A stretch of DNA of 64,000 nucleotides, taken from positions 3,456,001-3,520,000 of the forward strand of contig OZ255836.1 of the NCBI GenBank assembly GCA_965277715.1. The letters are read 5' to 3'. Origin of the DNA: Gammaproteobacteria bacterium. GTDB taxonomy: Bacteria > Pseudomonadota > Gammaproteobacteria > JBCCGL01. A program made the translations under genes and the position numbers. Below the pieces are notes generated by a model that saw only the letters and a list, made by a program, of their open reading frames with translations, made no database searches and was not told the origin of the DNA. Shown piece by piece: positions 38,763-49,400 of this stretch. How positions within the stretch are numbered: the first letter of the stretch is position 1; each line of letters starts with the position of its first letter.

Positions 38763-39815
38763 ATGAAAAATATACATGCAGTAGAGTATGGGCCGTCGTA
38801 TTGGTATGCGGGGTTAACCGCCGTGCTGCACGACCGGGTTGTCCAGGCACTTTTAATCGGTATTGGTCTGTTGGGTGTAGTGGATACCCCACAAGTTTGG
38901 CCCAGTGTGCAGTTTACCGCGCAGGCATTTTGGGGAATGTTGCCGTTTTTTCTTATCGCATTGTCGATGGCGGCCTACACCCGCGCTGCTGGCGCCGATG
39001 AGATCATCGCCGGTCTATTTGCCGGTAAACCGGTTGTCGCGATTATTTCGGCGGCGGTATTTGGCGCGGTATCACCTTTTTGTTCTTGTGGGGTAATCCC
39101 AATAATTGCGGCGCTATTGGTTGCCCGCGTACCGCTGGCCCCTGTGATGGCATTTTGGATTGCCTCGCCTATTATGGACCCGGAAATGTTTATCCTCACT
39201 GCGGCGGGTATCGGTAGCGGGTTTGCCATCGCCAAAACACTGGCCGCAATGGCAATGGGTTTGCTGGCGGGGTTTACTGTAATGCTGTTGTCCGCAAGTG
39301 GCTTATTTGATCAACCCATGAAAGTCGCGGCGAGCGCGCACTGTGGCAGCAGTTGCCGCGCTGAAAAACCGTCGATTCGCTGGCAGTTTTGGCATGACCC
39401 TGATCGCAATGAGGTGTTTTTTAGCGAATTTATCAAAAGTGGTTTATTTCTGGGTAAATGGTTGGCGATGGCCTTTTTTATCGAAAGCATCATGCTTGCC
39501 TACCTGTCACCGGAGCAGGTGGCGTCTGTCGTCGGTGGTAATAGCTGGTTGGTGATACCGCTGGCTGCACTGATTGGTGTGCCTGCGTATTTGAATGGCT
39601 ATGCGGCGATACCTTTGGTGAGTGGTTTGATCGATCTGGGGATGTCACCGGGTGCCGCGCTGGCGTTTATTACCGCAGGCGCTGTGTCATCCATTCCCGC
39701 TGCGATGGCCGTTTACGCACTGGTGCGAACGCCCGTGTTTATTACCTACCTGCTATTGGGGTTTGTAGGGTCAATTGCAGCAGGTTCGCTCTATCAGTTG
39801 TTTGTGTTGTTTTAA
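38763..39815 (+). CDS. ArsP-type (DUF318) permease
   Basis: SPFCSCGVIP, AFWIASP, GVPAYLNG, GAVSSIPA. Confidence 0.88.
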   Translation: MKNIHAVEYGPSYWYAGLTAVLHDRVVQALLIGIGLLGVVDTPQVWPSVQFTAQAFWGMLPFFLIALSMAAYTRAAGADEIIAGLFAGKPVVAIISAAVFGAVSPFCSCGVIPIIAALLVARVPLAPVMAFWIASPIMDPEMFILTAAGIGSGFAIAKTLAAMAMGLLAGFTVMLLSASGLFDQPMKVAASAHCGSSCRAEKPSIRWQFWHDPDRNEVFFSEFIKSGLFLGKWLAMAFFIESIMLAYLSPEQVASVVGGNSWLVIPLAALIGVPAYLNGYAAIPLVSGLIDLGMSPGAALAFITAGAVSSIPAAMAVYALVRTPVFITYLLLGFVGSIAAGSLYQLFVLF

Positions 39816-40000
39816 TGCATAGCTGGCTATGCTTTGATGCATATAGAAAGCCGCCCTAAACCGCACCGTTATCCTGCCACTGGCGGTCACCGGGACGCTG
39901 ATTTAGGCGGGGATGTTTTATGTTTTCCCCGCCTTATTACTGCAATAGGAACAAGACCTCGGCGGGTCTAAAACGGCTTTGCCCAGTGCCTTTTCGATAC

Positions 40001-40164
40001 AGCAACGCAGGAGCAGTTGTCGGCGACTGTATGGATACAAGAGATAGAGCAACGCAGGAGCAGTTGCCGACGACTGTATGGATACAGGAGGTAGAGCAAC
40101 GCAGGAGCAGTTGCCGACGACTGTATGGATACAGGAGGTAGAGCAACGCAGGAGCAGTTGCCGA
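40001..40164 (+). repeat. 47-bp tandem repeat, 3 full units plus a partial
   Basis: AGCAACGCAGGAGCAGTTGCCGACGACTGTATGGATACAGGAGGTAG at 40001, 40048, 40095 and partial at 40142. Confidence 0.92.
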
Positions 40165-40191
40165 GAAGCGGTAGCTTCGCTCTGCAAAGAG

Positions 40192-40237
40192 TAAAGAAAA
40201 ACACCAAAACATCGCGAGAGAAACCCCATAACACCCC
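40192..40237. repeat. Family C repeat (possible IS end)
   Basis: AAAGAAAAACACCAAAACATCGCGAGAGAAACCCCATAACACCC is the near-exact reverse complement of 62934-62976. Confidence 0.75.
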
Positions 40238-40259
40238 AGGGCAATTGCACTACGATCCT

Positions 40260-40464
40260 TTGATTGGTGCAATGGCGATGGAACCATACTTCCCGCCTGC
40301 TTGGCCTCGGTCGGAGTCAACAATAAAGCAATATCAACATCGCTGTCTGCCGTAGTCTCGCCGGTGACCTGATAACCAAATACATCAATCGCCTGCAAAC
40401 CTAGAAGGCATTCAGAAACCAGGGAAGTTATCGTTGCAGTGCCATTGGTGCTTAGAGGATGCAT
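40260..40464 (-). pseudogene. MNT (MntA-like nucleotidyltransferase antitoxin) remnant
   Basis: LQAIDVFGYQVTGETTADSDVDIALL, a degenerate FGS..DSDxD motif; truncated at repeat C; no HEPN partner. Confidence 0.65.
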
Positions 40465-40722
40465 AACTATTCAAACAAAAAAATTTCAGGTAAAAACGCG
40501 TGGTGTTGGCGCGAAAACCGAGGCTCCCTCAGCATCCGCAACACTATAATCCGTTCAGTAAAGAGGCAACAGGGGTTTCTGGCAGGCGCTATTCGACCGC
40601 CGCTGGTAGCGGACTATAGCCACCTGGGCGTGGCTGGAACTGTGCGAAAAACATCGCTTTATCCGTTTGTTGCACACCTTAATTGTTATGATAGTGGCAG
40701 ATTTTCAGACGGTATCAGTAAC

Positions 40723-41367
40723 GTGAACGCAAAAATAACAACGCTGGATTTGCATGCACACTTTGATACAACAGATGCCAATATGCCCATTGAGACCGAT
40801 GGGCGCACCGCTTCTGTCGCGCTGATTTTTTGGTGTGATGGCGGTAATCTGCGTTTGTGTTTGGGTCGTCGTGCAATCAGTGCGCACGATCCCTGGTCTG
40901 GTGACCTTGCGTTTCCAGGCGGCAAGGCAGAGCCTGAAGACCATTCACTTCACGATGTCGCATCACGCGAGACGTTTGAGGAAGTGGGTTTAACACTGCC
41001 CACCACCGCCTTGATCGGGCGAATGGAAAAAGTCAATGCCAATGGCCGTAAGCAGCGTAAACCAACCACCGTGTGGCCACTGGTTTACCTGCTCGAATCG
41101 CAACCGCCCCCGTTTTCCCTCAGTGAAGAGATGAGCGAGGCGTATTGGGTATCGTTAGCTGATTTGTGGAACCGCAAAAACTGGATAGCATTTTCATTTC
41201 CCGCCACGCGTGCACAGTACCCCGGTATTCATATTGGTAACCATTTCCTCTGGGGGTTTTCGCTACGCGTACTAATGACGCTGGGTGACCGACTGGGCAG
41301 GTCATTGCAGCCTATCCTGGCCTTGGAGCAGATAACCCACATTGGCGATATGCCCCCTAGTCGATGA
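40723..41367 (+). CDS. Nudix hydrolase (CoA pyrophosphatase-like)
   Basis: DPWSGDLAFPGGK...ASRETFEEVG; LWGFS; start probably GTG 40723. Confidence 0.85.
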   Translation: MNAKITTLDLHAHFDTTDANMPIETDGRTASVALIFWCDGGNLRLCLGRRAISAHDPWSGDLAFPGGKAEPEDHSLHDVASRETFEEVGLTLPTTALIGRMEKVNANGRKQRKPTTVWPLVYLLESQPPPFSLSEEMSEAYWVSLADLWNRKNWIAFSFPATRAQYPGIHIGNHFLWGFSLRVLMTLGDRLGRSLQPILALEQITHIGDMPPSR

Positions 41368-42125
41368 TTTCGTTATTACAACTCGATGGAGCACTGCTAC
41401 TGACCGTGCTTTCTATTATGTTGTTTGCCGGTTTAGTGCACGGCACACTGGGCCTGGGTTTTCCAATGGTTGCAACGCCCATGCTGGCGGTTTTCTTTGA
41501 TGTGCGTGTGGCAATATTGCTGACATTGTTACCTACAGTGGCGGTGAACCTCGCCAGTATTTACGCTGCAGCCAACGCCGCCGCCACAATACGCCCGTTC
41601 TCGCCACTCGCTGGGTTTGTGCTGCTGGGTTCGCTGGCCGGAGCTTATATTCTCGCCAACACTGACCCCGAACCTTTTCGATTGGTTTTGGCCGGGTTAA
41701 TACTGTTATATATGCTAAGCCATTTTTTTGCGCGCATTCCCCGTGAGTGGCTACAGCTAAATAAGCTGTTAGCGATGGCCGTATTTGGCGTATTGGCCGG
41801 TTTATCTGCGGGCACGACAAATGTAATGGTGGCGGTGTTGATTATCTATTTTTTATCACTGGAAACGCCACGCAGTGAAATGGTGCCCGTACTCAATACG
41901 TGTTTTTTAATTGGAAAAATATCGCAAATCGCGGTACTTGCCCTGGCGGGTTTCGTCAGTTTTAGTTTGCTCTATGAAACAGCCCCGCTGGCTATTGCTG
42001 CGATTATTGCCCTACTGTTTGGCCAGCGTATTCGTGAAAAAATTGCTATCGATACATATAAAAAAATATTACAGGGATTGCTGGTGTTATTAGCGGGTAT
42101 TTTAGTTGTGCAGTTTTATTGGTAA
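41364..42125 (+). CDS. TauE/SafE (TSUP) family exporter
   Basis: AGLVHGTLGLGFPMVATP; hydrophobic. Confidence 0.88.
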   Translation: MISLLQLDGALLLTVLSIMLFAGLVHGTLGLGFPMVATPMLAVFFDVRVAILLTLLPTVAVNLASIYAAANAAATIRPFSPLAGFVLLGSLAGAYILANTDPEPFRLVLAGLILLYMLSHFFARIPREWLQLNKLLAMAVFGVLAGLSAGTTNVMVAVLIIYFLSLETPRSEMVPVLNTCFLIGKISQIAVLALAGFVSFSLLYETAPLAIAAIIALLFGQRIREKIAIDTYKKILQGLLVLLAGILVVQFYW

Positions 42126-42129
42126 TAAA

Positions 42130-42241
42130 CCTAGACCCCATGTATTAACTTGCACACAAGTCAATACATAGGGTCTGCTGCATCAGCCAATAATTGCTCC
42201 AGAAAAAAGCGTTCTGGAACAATTAATTGCAAGTGAATACA
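42130..42241 (-). repeat. Family B ~110-bp MITE-like element
   Basis: Reverse complement aligns with 36255-36365. Confidence 0.85.
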
Positions 42242-42271
42242 GGTCGGGAACCTGTCGGATTCAGGACTGCC

Positions 42272-42898
42272 CTACTGCCAAAAACCCGACAACATATCAG
42301 CATCAGGATTCCCCCCGGCAACGAGTGCCTCTCTAACACCCAGCCGATCCTGCTGGGGTTTGTTTTGGTTGGCTTTCCACTTGCCACACAGTGTCGTTAC
42401 CGCCATTTCTAGCCCGACGATGGCGGAAAGTTGTTTTTCTATAAACGCCTCCGGTGCATCAGATACCGCCCAGGGTTTTTCCTGGCTGGATTCCTGATCG
42501 TTGGTGAGTTTTTCCAAAAAGCGGTGTTTCCAGTGGGCATCGTCAATAAACTTCAGCGTACCGCTGGCATGAACAACAGCGTAATTCCAGGTAGGCACGA
42601 CCTTGCCATGCACCTGCTTTGAGGGATACCAACCGGGTGAAACATACGTATCCGGCCCCTGAAATATAGCCAGCGCCCCGCCGGTTACACGTGCTTTCCA
42701 CAAGGGATTGGCCAAGGCTATATGGCCTTGCAGCAGCCATGCATTTTCCTGCTGTGGGTTTTCGCATAGTCGCAGCGGGATGTGATTGGCAGACAACCCG
42801 GATTCTGTATTGACCACCAGCGTAGCCAACGGGTACGCCTTGATCAAACCGTGAAGAACGTGAGGGTCAGACTGCTCAAAGTGTTTTGGTATATACAT
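42272..42898 (-). CDS. FMN-binding negative transcriptional regulator (PaiB family)
   Basis: MYIPKHF, YVSPGWYPSK, VPTWNY, GKWKANQNK. Confidence 0.92.
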   Translation of the reverse strand: MYIPKHFEQSDPHVLHGLIKAYPLATLVVNTESGLSANHIPLRLCENPQQENAWLLQGHIALANPLWKARVTGGALAIFQGPDTYVSPGWYPSKQVHGKVVPTWNYAVVHASGTLKFIDDAHWKHRFLEKLTNDQESSQEKPWAVSDAPEAFIEKQLSAIVGLEMAVTTLCGKWKANQNKPQQDRLGVREALVAGGNPDADMLSGFWQ

Positions 42899-43324
42899 AT
42901 CAATTGATCTATTAATTTAAGGCATCAGCAGGAATACATCAGAGGCACAACCTCATACTGCCAGCAATTATAACCAGGCCACCCTCCACGGAACAGTTGG
43001 TGTGCATTTATCTTGATTAGCCGGGCATTCTCACGGCCTGTGCTGCACTTATCTGCGGCCCTAAAGAAGTCCAGATTAGCCAAGGTGATATACGAATCTG
43101 GTTAGATATCATTGTGCAGCGCGCATAGAAAGTGTCGATTTACGTCTGTATCGTTAGCAAGGTAGGCCGGTTGGTCTGCCCAGAAAAAACGCTTGCCCCA
43201 TATCCATATGAGAGGTTTATTCACTGAAAATATGGTGAGGATGGGTATCGATCATGGTGTATTGTGCGATACACCGCAAGAAAGTGTATTTTTCAGCTAT
43301 AGTCTAAGCAAGGCAATAACAATA

Positions 43325-43466
43325 CTCTTGTTTTGACCTTCTTTTTTCACGCTCTTTAACAATTCAATAAAATCAATAAGTTACAGATACACTGAATTTC
43401 ATTGGTATTTTTTGTTATTTGAAGTTAAGTATTTGTTGTGACTTGTTTTTTTTGCTTTATACTCGC
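43325..43466 (+). promoter_or_regulatory. Type I-F CRISPR leader with an IHF site
   Basis: AT-rich; ACCTTCTTTTTT..CTCTTTAA; IHF consensus AATCAATAAGTTA at 43371-43383. Confidence 0.8.
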
Positions 43467-46400
43467 GTTCACTGCCGCACAGGCAGCTTAGAAAAGACTT
43501 CCCCCGCCCCTGTTCACCCTCCAAGAGTTCACTGCCGCACAGGCAGCTTAGAAAGTAATAATTAAATCGGGCGTCAATATCATTGCGTTCACTGCCGCAC
43601 AGGCAGCTTAGAAATCAGCGATATGTTTATCTGCTTTATCTGCCAAGTTCACTGCCGCACAGGCAGCTTAGAAAGTCTGATGATAATTTATCTCAAGTGC
43701 TTGCTGGTTCACTGCCGCACAGGCAGCTTAGAAAGTCACTGCCGTTGGCTCGCAGCGTGGTACCATGTTCACTGCCGCACAGGCAGCTTAGAAAAGACAT
43801 ACTCTGCCAATCTTCATTATCTTTCTGTTCACTGCCGCACAGGCAGCTTAGAAATGAACTGCAAGCGATGTATCCATGCCATTTAAGTTCACTGCCGCAC
43901 AGGCAGCTTAGAAAATTTATTATATAGACTCTTCCATACGATATTCGTTCACTGCCGCACAGGCAGCTTAGAAATGATATTGCCCTGGCCAGCGCGCTGT
44001 CTCACAGTTCACTGCCGCACAGGCAGCTTAGAAAAAAGTGGGGGCACTGCCCCCAGTAACACTCGATGTTCACTGCCGCACAGGCAGCTTAGAAAAACAA
44101 ACGGAATCAGGAAAAACGGCTGATTTTTGTTCACTGCCGCACAGGCAGCTTAGAAAGTATTCGATAACGAGTGGGTCGATGGTATTGAGTTCACTGCCGC
44201 ACAGGCAGCTTAGAAATTGAGTATCTGGCAAAGGGTAACAAAATGAAGGTTCACTGCCGCACAGGCAGCTTAGAAATCTCAGTGCGGGTATTACCTGAGT
44301 GTATTTTGTGTTCACTGCCGCACAGGCAGCTTAGAAATTCTCTAGCCATCTTCCATCCATTCCATATAAGTTCACTGCCGCACAGGCAGCTTAGAAACTC
44401 TGTATGAGAAAAAACAACGTGATGAATCAGTTCACTGCCGCACAGGCAGCTTAGAAACGCAGGGTTTCGTGTCACGGCGTATACGCAAACGTTCACTGCC
44501 GCACAGGCAGCTTAGAAATATATCACCGAGTTGGGCGTAGAGCATGGTGAGTTCACTGCCGCACAGGCAGCTTAGAAATGTAGAAATGGCAACAGCGGGC
44601 GTTGCTCGGGGTTCACTGCCGCACAGGCAGCTTAGAAAGCTTTACACGGTGTGGGTCTACTCGAAGGTGAGTTCACTGCCGCACAGGCAGCTTAGAAATA
44701 GAGGTAATTATTAATTATGTCTCATATAACGTTCACTGCCGCACAGGCAGCTTAGAAAACAGGTATCCGTTTACGCTCAGAACGCCACCCGTTCACTGCC
44801 GCACAGGCAGCTTAGAAAGTTGAGTGGGTTTTTTTCGATTAAATCGTCGTGTTCACTGCCGCACAGGCAGCTTAGAAATTTGTATTATGAAGATGGAAGC
44901 TTTGAAGCGGGTTCACTGCCGCACAGGCAGCTTAGAAAGTTCACTCAACAGCAGATAGATATATTCTTGAGTTCACTGCCGCACAGGCAGCTTAGAAATT
45001 AAATCCACATCATCTAGATTAAAATCATCAGTTCACTGCCGCACAGGCAGCTTAGAAAGCTGGCTAAGCACGATGATATTGTAGACACATGTTCACTGCC
45101 GCACAGGCAGCTTAGAAAAGTGAATCTATTACATTCACTGCCAACTGTTTGTTCACTGCCGCACAGGCAGCTTAGAAAGGATACACCCCCTAGACACCCA
45201 AATTGTCGATGTTCACTGCCGCACAGGCAGCTTAGAAAATACGGCTTTACGCCGCAAACTGAACGATTACGTTCACTGCCGCACAGGCAGCTTAGAAACT
45301 GAAATCACATTGACGGCATCTGAAAATTAAGGTTCACTGCCGCACAGGCAGCTTAGAAAGCTCATACCTTAAATTTTCTCAGTTATGTATTGTTCACTGC
45401 CGCACAGGCAGCTTAGAAACTACGTTTATGTCATTGGCATTGGCCCCTGGGGTTCACTGCCGCACAGGCAGCTTAGAAATTGATTTTGTCAATCTAACCA
45501 TATCTTCCAAGGTTCACTGCCGCACAGGCAGCTTAGAAACGAACCTTGCCCATTTTCAACCGCCATTTCCTTGTTCACTGCCGCACAGGCAGCTTAGAAA
45601 GTTGTAAATCGGAACGAACTCATCACACAAATGTTCACTGCCGCACAGGCAGCTTAGAAACTCAGATTAAAGCTATGATTTGGGGGTAAATAGTTCACTG
45701 CCGCACAGGCAGCTTAGAAAATCGATAATACGACTCAAGTATTACAATTAACGTTCACTGCCGCACAGGCAGCTTAGAAAGTTTTGTCTGCTTTGCCGAT
45801 TAACTGAGACAAGTTCACTGCCGCACAGGCAGCTTAGAAACTACTGGCCTGGATCAAACAAGTTATTTTTGCGTTCACTGCCGCACAGGCAGCTTAGAAA
45901 GTATGTTTTATCTTTTTTGTTGGCCTCGCAATGTTCACTGCCGCACAGGCAGCTTAGAAAATACACGCCCCCTCGCATCACGATACCACACGGTTCACTG
46001 CCGCACAGGCAGCTTAGAAAATTAAATCTTGTGCCACCGCTGGGTTTCTTTTGTTCACTGCCGCACAGGCAGCTTAGAAACATAATCGAAGCGAACTTTG
46101 TAGTGAATGTACGTTCACTGCCGCACAGGCAGCTTAGAAAGTTTCGGCGGATAAGGACGTATTTGTCGAGAGGTTCACTGCCGCACAGGCAGCTTAGAAA
46201 TTTTAACAATCTTTTTTGTTCAACAGATTGCAGTTCACTGCCGCACAGGCAGCTTAGAAATGGTAAAAAAGGAATGAAAGCGCTAAAGGGCAGTTCACTG
46301 CCGCACAGGCAGCTTAGAAAGTTACTTATTAAATAACTCGCATATCTTTTTTGTTCACTGCCGCACAGGCAGCTTAGAAAATTAACTTTAAATATGTCAT

Positions 46401-49400
46401 CTTCTGTCATTTGTTCACTGCCGCACAGGCAGCTTAGAAATTCGAGAGCCTTGACCACGCCGCTGAATCTCTGTTCACTGCCGCACAGGCAGCTTAGAAA
46501 GATAATTTAGTCTCTCAAGTCGATGATTTTTTGTTCACTGCCGCACAGGCAGCTTAGAAAAAATTGCCCACGCCTACCCCGGCGGACGCGACGTTCACTG
46601 CCGCACAGGCAGCTTAGAAAGTAAAAAATCTTTGCATCTAGTTCATCAAAAAGTTCACTGCCGCACAGGCAGCTTAGAAAAATTTTTTCAAATAAAGCCG
46701 ACGGATTTTACAGTTCACTGCCGCACAGGCAGCTTAGAAAACATCGATCTAATAGATGTGGCACCGCTTAGTGTTCACTGCCGCACAGGCAGCTTAGAAA
46801 AGACTAGCGGCCACTTACCCCCGGGCAACTTTGTTCACTGCCGCACAGGCAGCTTAGAAAATTTGCTTAATTTTAAACATAACAACTCTCTAGTTCACTG
46901 CCGCACAGGCAGCTTAGAAATTTTGGGAAAAGACGTTTCAAAATATTGATAAGTTCACTGCCGCACAGGCAGCTTAGAAAGGTGTAATCACCGAAATTAT
47001 CATTGAATACCGGTTCACTGCCGCACAGGCAGCTTAGAAATTATATCTATTTCATCCATCAAATATTGAAGCGTTCACTGCCGCACAGGCAGCTTAGAAA
47101 ACATCCTGATACATTTCCCTGCAATCCTGATTGTTCACTGCCGCACAGGCAGCTTAGAAACATCGTCTGATAGATTTATTTCAATAGAAATAGTTCACTG
47201 CCGCACAGGCAGCTTAGAAACTGATCATCTGGAACCCCGGTGTTGATTGAAGGTTCACTGCCGCACAGGCAGCTTAGAAATGCATAGTGTCGTGCGTATC
47301 TCTAGTTCGTCCGTTCACTGCCGCACAGGCAGCTTAGAAAGTACTGTTGCCAACGCCCTTGTGTTAATTCATGTTCACTGCCGCACAGGCAGCTTAGAAA
47401 CGTTAAAGCGCTTGATGAATTAAAAGCCGCGTTGTTCACTGCCGCACAGGCAGCTTAGAAATAGGGGCGGGCGGCAATATGTACAATTCAGCTGTTCACT
47501 GCCGCACAGGCAGCTTAGAAACGGCAGAGGTGCAGGAGCGCGTTCCTCGCTTAGTTCACTGCCGCACAGGCAGCTTAGAAATTGTTCTCGATATTTGATA
47601 ACAACTTCGTTAAGTTCACTGCCGCACAGGCAGCTTAGAAAAGCCTGTACCCCCGCACTCGTGACATTTCACAGTTCACTGCCGCACAGGCAGCTTAGAA
47701 ATTATGATAAATCATCTCGAACTTCTATTGTAAGTTCACTGCCGCACAGGCAGCTTAGAAAGTTAAATAACGGAAGCAGGGGCACTAAACCGCGTTCACT
47801 GCCGCACAGGCAGCTTAGAAAAATAAATCCAAGCGATAATGTAGCCTTGTCTGGTTCACTGCCGCACAGGCAGCTTAGAAATTCTAATTGATATAATGAA
47901 CTTTTGCCGTATTGTTCACTGCCGCACAGGCAGCTTAGAAATTCTGCGTTTTCAAGTTCATCTGTCATTTGTAGTTCACTGCCGCACAGGCAGCTTAGAA
48001 ATGAAAATTCACGTGAACGTTTTATTGGAAATTGTTCACTGCCGCACAGGCAGCTTAGAAAAGAGGTTCCACGCGGTAAGTCGCTTATTTCGTGTTCACT
48101 GCCGCACAGGCAGCTTAGAAATGTGATATAAAGTGATCATTGAGCTGTTTCGTTGTTCACTGCCGCACAGGCAGCTTAGAAATTTTTGACCTGCTAGATC
48201 TTTTGCGATTTTGAGTTCACTGCCGCACAGGCAGCTTAGAAAATTCGATATACACTCTAATTTAATGAATGCTCGTTCACTGCCGCACAGGCAGCTTAGA
48301 AACGTTCATTCCACTGGTGGGATGGCGATGCCGCGTTCACTGCCGCACAGGCAGCTTAGAAATTATATGATGGCACCATGAATACGGGCAATGTGTTCAC
48401 TGCCGCACAGGCAGCTTAGAAATGATTCAAGATGAGGGATTTAATTCATATATTGTTCACTGCCGCACAGGCAGCTTAGAAATTCTGTTTGTTTATCCAC
48501 AAAAACTAGTGCATGTTCACTGCCGCACAGGCAGCTTAGAAAGCTTATGTCTTTATTCTGATCGAACTCCTTGAGTTCACTGCCGCACAGGCAGCTTAGA
48601 AATGACCTTGCCTGCAATACGGGCAATTAACATCGTTCACTGCCGCACAGGCAGCTTAGAAAAGTTATCCAAAGCAGTAAAGCGCTGAACTCATGTTCAC
48701 TGCCGCACAGGCAGCTTAGAAATGTAAATAAAAAGTGATCGGCTGTCGCCGCTTGTTCACTGCCGCACAGGCAGCTTAGAAATTTTGTATTGTTTTAACG
48801 CCCCACCACTGATTGTTCACTGCCGCACAGGCAGCTTAGAAAATTCTCGTCAAAAATATTAACGCCTTCTCTTTGTTCACTGCCGCACAGGCAGCTTAGA
48901 AACGTTGCTGAATACAGCAACGGGGTACCTCAACGTTCACTGCCGCACAGGCAGCTTAGAAAGTTCCATCACCCACGCACGGCAGTATTCATCTGTTCAC
49001 TGCCGCACAGGCAGCTTAGAAAAAATAAATTAGGTAGCGGAAGAAAGTTAGATAGTTCACTGCCGCACAGGCAGCTTAGAAACTGATCGTCAATGTCTAA
49101 AATTGGTTTAAGCGGTTCACTGCCGCACAGGCAGCTTAGAAATAAAATCCCTCACTTAAACTCTCCCCACCACAGTTCACTGCCGCACAGGCAGCTTAGA
49201 AATACTGTGTCAAGCCACGAAAAAACACCGGTCGGTTCACTGCCGCACAGGCAGCTTAGAAAAAAAATCTAAACCCAGATGCTATCCATATCATGTTCAC
49301 TGCCGCACAGGCAGCTTAGAAAGTTCTTGACGTTACTATTAATACAAACATATTGTTCACTGCCGCACAGGCAGCTTAGAAAGTTTATTACTAATGTATC

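Noticed and set aside
40001-40164. Possible mini-CRISPR array
   Set aside because: Units repeat in full with no unique spacers, so it is a tandem repeat
39918-40355. Overlapping ORFs with ATAPALLYL / GNCSCVAL repeats
   Set aside because: Artefacts of the 47-bp tandem repeat
40459-40722. 88-aa N-terminal extension of the Nudix ORF, or an ncRNA here
   Set aside because: No family motif or recognisable RNA structure; the true start is probably downstream
42900-43325. cas6f or cas1 remnant upstream of the leader
   Set aside because: No recognisable Cas motifs in the frames translated by eye
43495-43526. Self-targeting by spacer 1 (short matches near 2927 and 52436)
   Set aside because: Only about 10-12 nt match, as expected by chance; no full self-match was noticed by eye, but the search was not exhaustive
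48363-48634. Two spacers sharing AATACGGGCAAT
   Set aside because: The flanks differ, so they are not overlapping protospacers; probably coincidence
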